DNA from: an uncultured bacterium | GTDB lineage: Bacteria; Abyssobacteria; SURF-5 | Direction of reading: 5' to 3' | Assembly (NCBI GenBank): GCA_964607485.1 | Contig: CAZSKP010000023.1 | Location: 1 to 64,000, forward strand | Length of the DNA: 64,000 bases | The notes under the pieces: generated by a model | What the model saw: only the letters and a program-made list of their open reading frames with translations | The model's database searches: none | Told to the model about the DNA's origin: nothing | In this document: positions 37,326 to 47,489 of the stretch, piece by piece | Layout of the letters: every line of letters begins with the position of its first letter | How positions within the stretch are numbered: position 1 is the first letter of the stretch | Position numbers and translations under genes: made by a program

Positions 37326-38855
37326 TCATAAGGCGATTTTGTGAGTCTCTATCTTCCTGTCCAATGTGGAGCGAGAAATGCCCAACAGTTCCGCCGCCTT
37401 TTTCTTCACTCCCTCCGCGCGCTGCAGCGCCGAGATGATGTGTACCCTTTCAAGCTCGTTCAGGCTGGGAAACGCCCTCGGGCCGGCGATTGCCTCCTTT
37501 TCCTTTCCCGGCTGCGCAAGCAGCGGGAAATGCTCGCATTTGATCTCTTCGCCCTCACACAACAACACGGCGCGCTTGATCATGTTTTTCAGTTCTCTCA
37601 CGTTGCCGGGCCAATCGTAGTCGAGCAGGAAATTTTTTGCGGGCAGCGACATGGATCTGACATTCTTGTCGAATTGCCGGTTGAACTCGTCCAGGTAGTG
37701 CTCGACAAGCAGCATTGTGTCTTCGCGCCGCTCCTTGATGGGCGGCAGATGAACCTGAATCTGGTCAAGCCGGTAGTAGAGGTCGTCGCGGAACAGGCCC
37801 TGTTTTACCGATTGCGAGAGGTCGCGATTGGTTGTGGCGAGCAGTCTGACATCGGTGGAGATGGTCGCATTGCTGCCGATCCTCTCGAACCGCTGCTCTT
37901 CGATGGCCCGAAGGAGCTTCGCCTGCGCGCGGGGCGAAAGTTCGGCTATTTCATCGAGACAGAGGGTGCCGTTGTCGGCGAGCTCAAATTTGCCCTTGCG
38001 CTGGTAGGTCGCGCCGGTGAACGCGCCTTTCTCGTGTCCGAACAGTTCCGACTCTATGAGCGTATCGGGTATGGCGGCGCAGTTGACTTCGACAAAAAGC
38101 TGGTGGCGCCGCTGGCTGTTCTCGTGTATGAAGCGGGCGACCAGGCCCTTGCCCGTTCCGGTTTCCCCGGTGATGAGCACGGTGACATCGGTTCCCACCA
38201 CCTTGTTTACCATCGCGAAGATGTTCCTCATGGTTTCGCTGTTGCCGATGATGGTGGGCTGCAGCCCGAGCACCCGGCTGAGGGTCTCCTTTTCCGAGCT
38301 GACCGCGGTGAAGAGCCTCGCATTGCGGACCGCGACAGCAATCGAATCGCTCACCGCGCACAAAAACTCCATGTCCTCCTCGTCGAAGCACTGCTTGCGC
38401 CGCGGGTTGATTACCTCGATGGAGCCGACGATTTTCCCCTCGACGGAAAGGGGGGCGCACACGATGCTCCGCGTCGGCATACCGACGCGGTTCGAGATGT
38501 CGTGGCGCACGCGCTTGTCGGATTGAGCGTCGGAGATGAGGAGCGGCCGCCCGTCGAGCGCCACCAGTCCCGCCACTCCCTCGCCCAGTTTCAGCCGGAA
38601 CTTCTTTATCTCGTCCCTCGCGGCGCCGGCGGCGCTGCGGAAGTAGAGCTCCTCCGTGCCGGGCTGTCGCAAGACCAGCGAGCACCCTTCGGCGTCCAGG
38701 GCGACGGAGACGGTCTCAATGACAAGGTCGAGGAGATTATCGATTTCGAGGGTGGAGTTGATGATGTTGCTGATTTCCACAAGCTTGCGATAGCGGTCGA
38801 ATTGGGTCGGAGCACGCATCATTGCTCTCGCAGGAATGGTCGAATCGTTCCTCAT
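37326..38855 (-). CDS. GAF-containing sigma-54 enhancer-binding protein
   Basis: GAF (GEGVAGLV), GETGTGKG, GAFTGA, WPGNVREL, HTH. Confidence 0.93.
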   Translation of the reverse strand: MRNDSTIPARAMMRAPTQFDRYRKLVEISNIINSTLEIDNLLDLVIETVSVALDAEGCSLVLRQPGTEELYFRSAAGAARDEIKKFRLKLGEGVAGLVALDGRPLLISDAQSDKRVRHDISNRVGMPTRSIVCAPLSVEGKIVGSIEVINPRRKQCFDEEDMEFLCAVSDSIAVAVRNARLFTAVSSEKETLSRVLGLQPTIIGNSETMRNIFAMVNKVVGTDVTVLITGETGTGKGLVARFIHENSQRRHQLFVEVNCAAIPDTLIESELFGHEKGAFTGATYQRKGKFELADNGTLCLDEIAELSPRAQAKLLRAIEEQRFERIGSNATISTDVRLLATTNRDLSQSVKQGLFRDDLYYRLDQIQVHLPPIKERREDTMLLVEHYLDEFNRQFDKNVRSMSLPAKNFLLDYDWPGNVRELKNMIKRAVLLCEGEEIKCEHFPLLAQPGKEKEAIAGPRAFPSLNELERVHIISALQRAEGVKKKAAELLGISRSTLDRKIETHKIAL

Positions 38856-38899
38856 TTACTATGAAATAGTATAGCAATCAGGCCATAAAGTCAAGGCGA

Positions 38900-39622
38900 T
38901 TATTGTTTTGCGGCCCTGCGTTTTGCCGATGCTTCGAGGAGCGGACCGAGGCGTTCGAGGACCCGTTCGGAAATGAGTTTGTGCCCTTCCTCGTTGGGGT
39001 GTATCCCATCCACCGTGAGTTTCGGGTTGCCGAGGATGCCCGCCATGAAGTTGGGAATCAGGAGCGGGCCGCGGGCCCGAGCGATGCGATTGTAGCCTTC
39101 CAGGTACTCGTCGCGGAACACTCCCGTGCGAATCTCCATCAGGACCACCATCGGCCCGTGCTCGGAGATGCGTCTGACAATCAGGTCGAGATTCCTGAAT
39201 GTCTCTTCCTTGGGTATCTTTCTCAAGAAATCGTTTCCTCCGAACTCGACCAAGACCACTCGCGGGTTGTGCTTGTACACGTCGCGGTCGATCCTCAAGA
39301 GCGCGTCGGCGGTGGTGTCGCCCTCGACGCCCTCATTAATCACAGGCATGTCCAATCGTCTTGCAAGCAGCGTGGGAAACGCACGTTCGGGCGCAATGCC
39401 GTAACCAGCCGTGATGCTGTCTCCAAAACAGACTATGGTTGTTCCCGTCGAATCCAGATTCGCGATGGTTTCATAAGGGCGAGAGCAGCCGACGAAGAAG
39501 GCCGCCAGAATCAAGATAAGGGAAAATGGGCGAGCCGCGAGGCCGGCGGCTGCACGCAGGCCGACGAGCCGACTCTCAAGACAGAGGCGCATCAACACAG
39601 TAGGATAACAACACAGGCTCAC
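38900..39622 (-). CDS. SGNH/GDSL arylesterase (TesA-like), probable lipoprotein
   Basis: FGDSITAG, GGNDFL, DGIHPN; FFVGC lipobox; start uncertain. Confidence 0.88.
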   Translation of the reverse strand: MSLCCYPTVLMRLCLESRLVGLRAAAGLAARPFSLILILAAFFVGCSRPYETIANLDSTGTTIVCFGDSITAGYGIAPERAFPTLLARRLDMPVINEGVEGDTTADALLRIDRDVYKHNPRVVLVEFGGNDFLRKIPKEETFRNLDLIVRRISEHGPMVVLMEIRTGVFRDEYLEGYNRIARARGPLLIPNFMAGILGNPKLTVDGIHPNEEGHKLISERVLERLGPLLEASAKRRAAKQ

Positions 39623-40638
39623 TCAGCGGTGGTGGTGATGGACTGCTGGCTGCCCGTCTTCAGGTATGTCACCACGACGGTCTTCAGGTCGATGTCAATG
39701 GCCGAGACTTTGAAATCGCCTTCGCCCAAAAAGGTCTCTCCCTCTTTGACCAAGAACTTTTCACGGGTTGAAGGCACTTCTATGTGGGCGATAAGCATCC
39801 CCTTTATCTTGGATATTCCCGTGAGTCGGAGTGCAGGTTTGGCAAGCTCGGCCTTCGATTTTTGGATCAGTTCTTTGGCCTCATTGCTGTTGGGGTCCAC
39901 CTTCAATACCTCTTCGGCTTTCGACAGCGCCGACTCGTAGATGCCCTCTTGGTAGAATGTCTTGGCCATTGCGAGATTCTTTTCCTTGTCGATAGAGAGA
40001 ATTTGGGCCTGTGCCTCCCTGAGCAAATCGGCGGCATCGCGGTTCTGAGGGTCTATCGCGAGGATGTCTTGAGCGAGGTTTCTCAGCTCATCGAATTTCT
40101 TTTGCTCGATCAGAGTTTTGGCGATATTCATCAAGTTGGCAATTTTCTCTTCGGCTTTCTTATTGGCCTCGGCAAGCAGGTCCTTGGCCTCTTGAAACTG
40201 CGGGTCGAGCCGAAGAGCTTCCTTCAGCAACCTGATGGCGGCTATCGGATTATCGCTATCGAACGCCTCCTTTGCCTTGGCGAATTGCATGTGCTTCTTG
40301 GCATCGGCAAGCATGGCCTTGGCTTTTTCATTCTGAGGGTCGAGCTCCAGCAATTCCTCTAGTTTATCGGCAGCCTCCTTGTACTTCTTCGCCTGAAGAT
40401 TTTCTTCCGCATCTGCAAGAAGCCGAGCCTTTATCTTGCTCATGAGACGTATGGCAAAGATGTTGCGGGGGCTTCTCCGAAGCACATCCTTGGTGTTCTT
40501 TATCGCCACCTTCGTGTTGCCGGCCTTCAGGGCTTGCTTGGCCTGCTTCAGCTGCAAGCGGTCGAGGTGGCTGCCGCACCCGTAGGCGGATAATCCCAGG
40601 ATCAGGGCCACGACGATAATCACTCTGCGCAATAACAC
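39619..40638 (-). CDS. TPR lipoprotein with C-terminal PilP-like domain
   Basis: AYGC lipobox; repeated LELDPQN/LRLDPQF/LAIDPQN/LKVDPNS; C-terminal LRLTGI...LVKEGETF. Confidence 0.75.
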   Translation of the reverse strand: MLLRRVIIVVALILGLSAYGCGSHLDRLQLKQAKQALKAGNTKVAIKNTKDVLRRSPRNIFAIRLMSKIKARLLADAEENLQAKKYKEAADKLEELLELDPQNEKAKAMLADAKKHMQFAKAKEAFDSDNPIAAIRLLKEALRLDPQFQEAKDLLAEANKKAEEKIANLMNIAKTLIEQKKFDELRNLAQDILAIDPQNRDAADLLREAQAQILSIDKEKNLAMAKTFYQEGIYESALSKAEEVLKVDPNSNEAKELIQKSKAELAKPALRLTGISKIKGMLIAHIEVPSTREKFLVKEGETFLGEGDFKVSAIDIDLKTVVVTYLKTGSQQSITTTAE

Positions 40639-40640
40639 GG

Positions 40641-41696
40641 TTATGAATCCTTTCCGGCGCTAATCGCCGACCATCTTCCCTCGACGCCGACACTCCTGGG
40701 GGAACTGCTCCGATTTTTTCGGAGCATTTCGATGAAGGCAGCAATACGGAGTTTGGTTCGACCATCGAGAACAGCGGGTTGGTCACCCTCAAGGGTCAGA
40801 ATGGGAATGGGGAGTTTCTTTCTGAAGATTACATCCTCAATTTGACGAAAACAGAAGCTCTGAGTGTAATGGACTATTCCGTCGAGGGCGCGTTCGGAAA
40901 TGGCCGAGCCTATGTCATTCAATCTCATGAAGACACCGTATGGGTAGGTGTAGGTCACATATCGCTCGACGATGTCCTGGCAATCAAAAGGCATCGAGAA
41001 CTGGCGCTGAATTTCGTTGAAAACCACGTGCGCACCCTGCGACTCCAAGAACTGATACAGGTCGCCCCAAATGGGCGGCACGCCGATGTAGCCGAGCCTG
41101 ACATTGCCCGAAAGAGGTTCCCTCTTGCGGGCCTGTTCCAAGAACTCGTCTATCCTCTGCTCAAAGAGCTCCACGTCTCCACAAAAGTCACTGGCCGAAA
41201 CCAGGAACTTGTGATTCTCGTATCCGGTCACGATGCCCCGGCGCCACGTGAGCGAATCGACTTCGGCCAACTTGCTCCGCAGAGGTCGAAGCCTTTCGAC
41301 CCACTCCTGCGCAGCCGAGATGCTTGTGCCGAGAGCCTCGGCAAGCTTCTCGATTTGAAGCCGCAGCAGGTCAACGTCGCGCCCAAACGGATACTCGAAC
41401 GGAATCACAGGCACGTCGTTAACCATCAGCGTCTCGACCAGCGCCAACGTGTTGCTGCAGTCGCCCTGCGTCAAAGCGATGACCACATCGACGCATCGCG
41501 TCTTCATCACGAGTCCGAACAATCCTTTAATCCAGCCGCAGATGTTGCGCGGGTACCCCGCCTCTTCCGCGTATCGGATGAAGCGCGACGGCTCGGGGTC
41601 CCCGATGAAGAGATTGTTCAGGTCAACGGCCGTATCACCGCCAGCGAGGACGACCTCAATCGGAATCGTACTTGTGATGCCTATTCGTCGTCTCAT
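40641..41696 (-). CDS. 2-hydroxyacyl-CoA dehydratase family subunit
   Basis: NICGWIKG, GDCSNT, YTQSFCFR, LTLEGD, RIAAFIEML. Confidence 0.8.
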   Translation of the reverse strand: MRRRIGITSTIPIEVVLAGGDTAVDLNNLFIGDPEPSRFIRYAEEAGYPRNICGWIKGLFGLVMKTRCVDVVIALTQGDCSNTLALVETLMVNDVPVIPFEYPFGRDVDLLRLQIEKLAEALGTSISAAQEWVERLRPLRSKLAEVDSLTWRRGIVTGYENHKFLVSASDFCGDVELFEQRIDEFLEQARKREPLSGNVRLGYIGVPPIWGDLYQFLESQGAHVVFNEIQRQFSMPFDCQDIVERYVTYTYPYGVFMRLNDIGSAISERALDGIVHYTQSFCFRQIEDVIFRKKLPIPILTLEGDQPAVLDGRTKLRIAAFIEMLRKNRSSSPRSVGVEGRWSAISAGKDS

Positions 41697-41837
41697 GGAG
41701 GTTCGCCATCAAGTTCCGCCATTCGGGTCATAGCCTTGATCGCTGTAACACCTCCATCCCTATTCATCAATATATCACACCCGCAAAAGCTTTTTCAAGC
41801 AAACTCATGTCGGACCGACGCGCCGACCGTTCAACAA

Positions 41838-43052
41838 TCATATCTTCTCAAAGGCGCACGCCACACCCTGCCCGATTCCGCAGCACATCGTGGCCAGTCC
41901 CCACTGGGCGTCCCGCCGGTTCATCTCGTGGACGAGCGTGGCGGTGAAGCGCGCGCCCGTTGCGCCCGTGGGATGCCCGAGGGCGACCGCTCCGCCGTTG
42001 ACATTCAGCTTGTCGGAATTAATCTTGAGCGCGCGCGCGCAGTGGAGCGCCTGACAGGCGAAGGCCTCGTTGAGTTCAATCAGGTCGAAATCGTCAATGG
42101 CCATTCCCTGCCGCTTCAGCAATTTTCTTGTTGAAGGAATAGGGCCGATTCCCATGATCTCGGGAGGAACGCCCGCCTCGCCGTGGTGGCGCACGGCGGC
42201 CAGGGGCTTGTATCCCAGCGCGTGGGCCTTTTCGCGCGACATCAACAGCACCGCCGCGGCTCCGTCGTTGGTCGGGCACGAGTTGCCGGCGGTCACCTCT
42301 CCGCCCTCCCTGAAGGCAGGCTTCAGCTCGGCCAGTCTCTCCACCGTCGTGTTCGGCCTAGGGCACTGGTCCTTGTCCACGACCGTCTTGGAGCCGTCTT
42401 CGTATTCGATCGCGATGGGAATCATCTCCCTGTCGAATTTCTTCTCTTCGATCGCCTTCTTCGCCTTCATCTGGCTCCAGTAGGCGAACTCGTCGGCCTC
42501 CTTCCTCGTGATCCCATATTTCTCCATGAGATTCTCGGCGGTGAGCCCCATCGAAAACGAGGAGGGATCGATCAGGTCGGGGAGCCTCAGCGGTTTGTGC
42601 AGCTTGCCGTCGGGACTGGGAACGGTGGGTGTGGCATAAAAGTATGTGCGGTACTCGCGCGCCATCTTCTGGTCATCGGGGCTCCAGGGGCCGAGGCGGC
42701 CCATCGTTTCGAGGCCGACGACGAGTATGCAATCGCCGTTTCCGGCCTTGATCGCATCCGAGGCAGCGCCGAGCGCCGAAAGGCTCGAGCCGCACTGGCG
42801 GTTCATCGTCAATCCCGACAGCTCAATGGGCAGCCCGCAGTAAAACACCAGCGAGCGAGCGGAATCAATGGGGCCGGCGATGGTCCCGCAATAGATGTCG
42901 TCCAGCTCTTTGGGGTCGAGCTGCGTTTTCTTCAGGAGGGCATTGACCACCTGGGCGGCGATCTCGAGGCCGGTCAGCTCGCGCAACACGCCGCGCTCGC
43001 CCGAGCGGCCGATGGGAGACCTCAGGGCTTCGACGATTACTGTTTCTCTCAT
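41838..43052 (-). CDS. Thiolase (acetyl-CoA acyltransferase)
   Basis: NRQCGSS, NEAFA, NGGAVALGHP, MCCGIGQG. Confidence 0.95.
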   Translation of the reverse strand: MRETVIVEALRSPIGRSGERGVLRELTGLEIAAQVVNALLKKTQLDPKELDDIYCGTIAGPIDSARSLVFYCGLPIELSGLTMNRQCGSSLSALGAASDAIKAGNGDCILVVGLETMGRLGPWSPDDQKMAREYRTYFYATPTVPSPDGKLHKPLRLPDLIDPSSFSMGLTAENLMEKYGITRKEADEFAYWSQMKAKKAIEEKKFDREMIPIAIEYEDGSKTVVDKDQCPRPNTTVERLAELKPAFREGGEVTAGNSCPTNDGAAAVLLMSREKAHALGYKPLAAVRHHGEAGVPPEIMGIGPIPSTRKLLKRQGMAIDDFDLIELNEAFACQALHCARALKINSDKLNVNGGAVALGHPTGATGARFTATLVHEMNRRDAQWGLATMCCGIGQGVACAFEKI

Positions 43053-43327
43053 GCTTCTTCTCCCGTTCGGTTCATCAAACTCGGTTCTTCCGTGTGATCC
43101 TTTTTTTGCGCCGCACATTCTAGCAAATATCATGAACTTATTCAACCGGGCTCAGGTCGAATCGCATGTACTCTGCGGTCACGTTGTGCATGGGTGGGTT
43201 GGAAAGGGGGAGACGAGACTGCGCAGTCCAACTCGACAGACGTCGCGGCAGGGTGGTCTCGAGTGAGGCAGTTGGGAAAAAGCTATGCGAGGTCGGGGTT
43301 CTCCCGGCTTTTCCCTCCGGAGTACTG

Positions 43328-45244
43328 TTAGGACTCGCGGGGGGGAAGAGGCTCGAGGGAATCGGCTTGAGTCGGCTTTTCGGAAGAGGCCAACGGGGAG
43401 AGAAGCCGTGGAACCACGTTGCCAGCGGCCTTCAGCCAATTGCGCACGTAGGGAAAGAACTCTATCGGCTCGGTCTCGAAGATCGTGCGGCCGGCCTCGC
43501 GCCGCAACAACTCGTGGTTGTAGGCCCTCAGCAGGTCGTCTCTTGACAACATACCCAGGATTTTCGAGTTCTCACCGTCGCTGAGCACGGGAAGGTCATC
43601 CACATTCTGCGCAGCGAATTTTGCGAGCGCGTCACGCAGGTCTTCATCGGGTCTCAACGTCGCCACCTCGGCCCGGAAGAGGTCTTTTCCGATCACCAGC
43701 CACGACAAGGCGTTTTCATTGATGAGATGCCTGAGGGTCTCGAACGGCAGTATGCCGACGAATTTACCGTCGCGGTCCGCCACCGGCAGAGTGGAATAGG
43801 GAGATTTGCTGAGCTGGTCGAATATCCTCGCGAGGGGCCAATCCTCGCAGACGATGGGAAAATCCTTGCGCATAATGTCGCCCGCGCTCATCGACCGAAG
43901 GAGGTTTTCGTCCCGACCGCCGTGCAGCCTGATTCCTTTGCGTGAGAGGCCGATCGTGTATATGGAATCGCGTGTGAACCTGCGAGCGACCGTCAGGCTC
44001 GCTATGCTGGCGATCATCAAAGGCAGAATGAGGTAGTAGTTGTTCGTCACCTCGAAGATCATAATCACCGCGGTTACCGGAGCAAACAGGGTGCCGGCCA
44101 TGGCCGCGCCCATTCCCACCAGCGCGAATGCGCCCGGGGCGACGCCAAGCTGTGGAAACTGAGAACCCACCAGCGCCCCGAAGACGGAACCCGTCATGGC
44201 GCCCAGGAACAGCGTCGGCGCAAACATTCCTCCCGAACCGCCCGAACCGAGCGTCATCGAGGTCATCACAAGCTTGGCCGCGATCAGTATCAGTACGAGG
44301 CCGACCGGGATGGCGGTGCTGAGAGCCGTATTGATCGTCCCGTAGCCATCACTCAGAATGTGCGGGAACTTGTATGCCACAACTCCGACCAGTAGTCCGC
44401 CGAGAGCCGGCTTGAGCGAGGCCGGAACCGCCAGCTTTCTCCAGAAACTTTCTACTTCCTTAAAAAATTTGACAAAGGAAACCGACAAGAGCGCACACAG
44501 CAGACCCAGGACGACGTACAGGGGCACCTCCCACAAACTCTGAAACGTGTAGGATGACCCCGACAGGAGCGCGCCTTCGCCCCACGTGGCCCGCGCAACG
44601 ACGGACGCCGTTATGGACGCCAGAATGATGGGGATAAAGGCATCGAGGCTGAAGTCCACCAGTATGACCTCCAACACGAAGATCACGCCGGTTATGGGAG
44701 CGTGGAATATGGCTGCCAATCCCGCCGCCGCCCCACAGCTTATCATCACTTTTGTGTGCTCTTCGGATGAACCGATGGCCCGGCCGCCGACGCTGCCCAG
44801 GGCGGAGCCCAGGTGCACCATTGGGCCCTCGGGACCGGCGGACCCTCCGAAGCCGAGCGTGAAGATGGCGGCAATGGTCTTGGCCAGCGCCTTCCTGAAT
44901 CGTATCAGCCCGACCCGCAGATTCACGGATTCGATTACCTCGGGCACACCGTGCCCGTTCGCGTTCTGGCCGGATAGTTTCATCAGCAGACCGACGAGCA
45001 GTCCGCCGACGGCGGGAACCACAATGATAAGATAGGCAAGGTGCTCGTTCCGCAGTATGGGTTCCAACAGGAGGGAGTTAAGCCAGTGGTAGCCGGACTC
45101 AAAGACCAGAGCGGCCAACCCAGCGGCCAGACCTATTGCGATGGAGGCAAACATGAGCAGGGTGCCCTGGCTGAAGTGCAGCCGGTCGAGGAGAAAACTC
45201 CGCAGTTTCCTCCCGCCGGGCGTTCTTGCAGACTCATCAGCCAT
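43328..45244 (-). CDS. ClC chloride channel/antiporter with tandem CBS domains
   Basis: GHGVPEV, GPEGP, GGMFAP, SIY; two CBS domains. Confidence 0.92.
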   Translation of the reverse strand: MADESARTPGGRKLRSFLLDRLHFSQGTLLMFASIAIGLAAGLAALVFESGYHWLNSLLLEPILRNEHLAYLIIVVPAVGGLLVGLLMKLSGQNANGHGVPEVIESVNLRVGLIRFRKALAKTIAAIFTLGFGGSAGPEGPMVHLGSALGSVGGRAIGSSEEHTKVMISCGAAAGLAAIFHAPITGVIFVLEVILVDFSLDAFIPIILASITASVVARATWGEGALLSGSSYTFQSLWEVPLYVVLGLLCALLSVSFVKFFKEVESFWRKLAVPASLKPALGGLLVGVVAYKFPHILSDGYGTINTALSTAIPVGLVLILIAAKLVMTSMTLGSGGSGGMFAPTLFLGAMTGSVFGALVGSQFPQLGVAPGAFALVGMGAAMAGTLFAPVTAVIMIFEVTNNYYLILPLMIASIASLTVARRFTRDSIYTIGLSRKGIRLHGGRDENLLRSMSAGDIMRKDFPIVCEDWPLARIFDQLSKSPYSTLPVADRDGKFVGILPFETLRHLINENALSWLVIGKDLFRAEVATLRPDEDLRDALAKFAAQNVDDLPVLSDGENSKILGMLSRDDLLRAYNHELLRREAGRTIFETEPIEFFPYVRNWLKAAGNVVPRLLSPLASSEKPTQADSLEPLPPRES

Positions 45245-45782
45245 GACGCACTCTCACCACCGATTCCATGCGATTCAGCATGCCGTGGACCGGCAGGGAC
45301 AGATGAGAATGCACCCAGTCTCTCATTCCCCACGGAAGCACTTCATCCCGAACGACCTCGAACGCCGTCTTGTCGTGCGGGGTCCGATGCAGCAGGGTCA
45401 TCTTTTCCTCGTCCTGCGAAAAACGGACGAGCTGATCCAACAGGAGCACAAACTCCTTAAAACGGCGTTTGGGATATAGCGTGACGAACAGCGTGTGAAC
45501 GGGCGAATACTCGCCGTTTCCGAAATTCACGCCCGCATCGGATACGCCCACCGCACAGATAATCCTTCCCGTTCCTTCGAATTCACACCGCGGAAAAGCG
45601 ACCCCGCCGGCTAACACGGTCGGCTTGAGCCTTTCCCGCCGAAGCATCGACTCGCACAAGGACATCCTTGCGCTCGACGGGATGTCGGGAACCAGCTTGT
45701 CGAGAACCTCCACCATCGAGTTCTCCATTGTGGGAGTTGAAAGGTGAACAATATGTTCAACCGCTGAAATGTAACGAATCAA
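45237..45782 (-). CDS. Degenerate PTS EIIA(Ntr/Fru)-like protein
   Basis: RERLKPTVLAGGVAFPRC, GVSDAGVNFG; phospho-His replaced by Arg. Confidence 0.7.
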   Translation of the reverse strand: MIRYISAVEHIVHLSTPTMENSMVEVLDKLVPDIPSSARMSLCESMLRRERLKPTVLAGGVAFPRCEFEGTGRIICAVGVSDAGVNFGNGEYSPVHTLFVTLYPKRRFKEFVLLLDQLVRFSQDEEKMTLLHRTPHDKTAFEVVRDEVLPWGMRDWVHSHLSLPVHGMLNRMESVVRVRHG

Positions 45783-45895
45783 ATCTTACACCCTCTTTCT
45801 CCGAAGCCTGTATCGTCCGCCGGGCGGCTCCTCCCGAGCCGCGCTGCGGAGGTTGTGATTCCACACACTGCCGGCACTTCGCCGACAGCCCGAAT

Positions 45896-46597
45896 CTAAT
45901 TCGCCTGGCCGCTCGAAAACTGCAGGTCCTTACGATGAATCAAGTCGTATATCTCGCCAACACCCGCCGCGGATTTGAGCGCTTGGCGAAAAAGTCCGTC
46001 TTTCAACATTCGAGTCAACCGCGCCAAGACCTTGAGATGCGTGTAGTCGTCGGGCAGACACAAGAGGAAAGCAAGTTTTACCGGCAAATCGTCCAGCGCG
46101 TCGAATTCGACACCCTTCGACGAACGGGCCATTATTATCGAGGGCTTGGCAAACGACTCGTTCAGCGGCTGGCGCGGATGGGGAATCGCCACCTCGTCGC
46201 CGATGGCCGTGCTGCAAAGCGCCTCGCGCTTGACTAAAGCCTTGAGAACAAGCGCGGGATTCTTGATCAGCTTCCCCTTGACGCCCAGTGCCAACATCTC
46301 CTTCAAGAGCTCGACCTTTTGACCCGCCCTTGCATCGGCGATTATGGTCTGGCGGGTGAGGAAGCTTGTCACCTCGACCGGCGTCGAGATGAGCTCAGAT
46401 TCGAGCAATTCCAACTGTTCCGCCGACAGGCCAATCATCTGATGTTCCAACCACTGGTTGATCAGGCTCCGCATGAAGCGCCACTGATTTGCGATCTTCG
46501 TCGCGGGGATGAGCCCCTGGGTGGCCAACTTGGAAACGGTGCGCTCGTTCATCTTGAGGTACTTCGATACCTCTTTGATCGTCATTATTTCTTCCAT
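45896..46597 (-). CDS. Excisionase-type HTH fused to PTS EIIA domain
   Basis: MTIKEVSKYL...IPATKIANQWRF; REALCSTAIGDEVAIPHP, HLKVLARL. Confidence 0.9.
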   Translation of the reverse strand: MEEIMTIKEVSKYLKMNERTVSKLATQGLIPATKIANQWRFMRSLINQWLEHQMIGLSAEQLELLESELISTPVEVTSFLTRQTIIADARAGQKVELLKEMLALGVKGKLIKNPALVLKALVKREALCSTAIGDEVAIPHPRQPLNESFAKPSIIMARSSKGVEFDALDDLPVKLAFLLCLPDDYTHLKVLARLTRMLKDGLFRQALKSAAGVGEIYDLIHRKDLQFSSGQAN

Positions 46598-46634
46598 ACT
46601 GGGCCCCCTATGCGGTTTTTGGTGCTTAATATGT

Positions 46635-46663
46635 AAGGTATCACATTTTCAGTCATTTGTCAA
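46635..46663 (-). promoter_or_regulatory. Sigma-70 promoter of HTH-EIIA gene
   Basis: TTGACA-17 nt-TACCTT with extended -10 TG. Confidence 0.55.
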
Positions 46664-46816
46664 GCGTTTCATGTATTTTAATGTATTATTCGGTAATATG
46701 ATGACAAGTTGTGTAGAAAATTGTGTCTGGGGCGGGAATGCGGAAAACAGATTCCTCTATTCGTAAGATATTGTAATGAGGGGAATTATACAATAACTGC
46801 GGCCGTATCGGAGTAT

Positions 46817-47404
46817 TCAGGGCCTTCTTACTCGGATGAATATCATGGCGCCAACCGCGCCGATGAGGTCGGAGACGAGGTCGAGGGAGGTGTTCGTGTA
46901 GCCTCCCACGCCCGTTTCGGGCACGAGAACGGTTGCGGTGAATTCGACAATCTCGTTGAGCGCTCCGACACCGAGCCCGGCCATCACAACGACGATGGAG
47001 AGCGCCATCCACTTCTTGAGGTCGGGTGCAAGCAATGGTTTGAGGAGATGATACATGACAAGCGTGGCGACCCCGAATCCGATGATGTGGACGAACTGAT
47101 CGTATCGAAATATTTCATACTTCTCCGAGATGGGTACGAGAATGATCTCGTAAAGTTTTGTTCCCTTGATATACAGCCCGCCGCCCGACATGTGCAGGAG
47201 CGCCCACAATGTCAACCCCCACAGGACGCTGTTGGGGTAATTCACCTTGTGGTTGGTGGCGAGAATCAGGAACAGGAAGAAAATGATGACCCCTATGTAG
47301 ATGAGGAATTCGTAATTCTTCCTGGAGCCGAACAGCGTCGTGAAAAAGAGCAACGCACAGGCGTTGAAAATCAGGATGGGAAGTTGCCCTTTCTTGAGGA
47401 GCAC
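46817..47404 (-). CDS. Membrane protein, DUF2238-like
   Basis: LHMSGG, YDQFVH, NEIVEF, TSLDL; multiple TMs. Confidence 0.7.
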   Translation of the reverse strand: MLLKKGQLPILIFNACALLFFTTLFGSRKNYEFLIYIGVIIFFLFLILATNHKVNYPNSVLWGLTLWALLHMSGGGLYIKGTKLYEIILVPISEKYEIFRYDQFVHIIGFGVATLVMYHLLKPLLAPDLKKWMALSIVVVMAGLGVGALNEIVEFTATVLVPETGVGGYTNTSLDLVSDLIGAVGAMIFIRVRRP

Positions 47405-47489
47405 GGTTCAATCCCCCGCCGAAGTGTTGAGAGTATCGTTGAAAAAAGGGAGTCCGCAACCACTTCCTGCCATGGTTTCCGCGGCCAGC

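Noticed and set aside
37341-42134. Long plus-strand ORFs (507, 345, 451 aa)
   Set aside because: Antisense shadows of clearly identifiable minus-strand genes.
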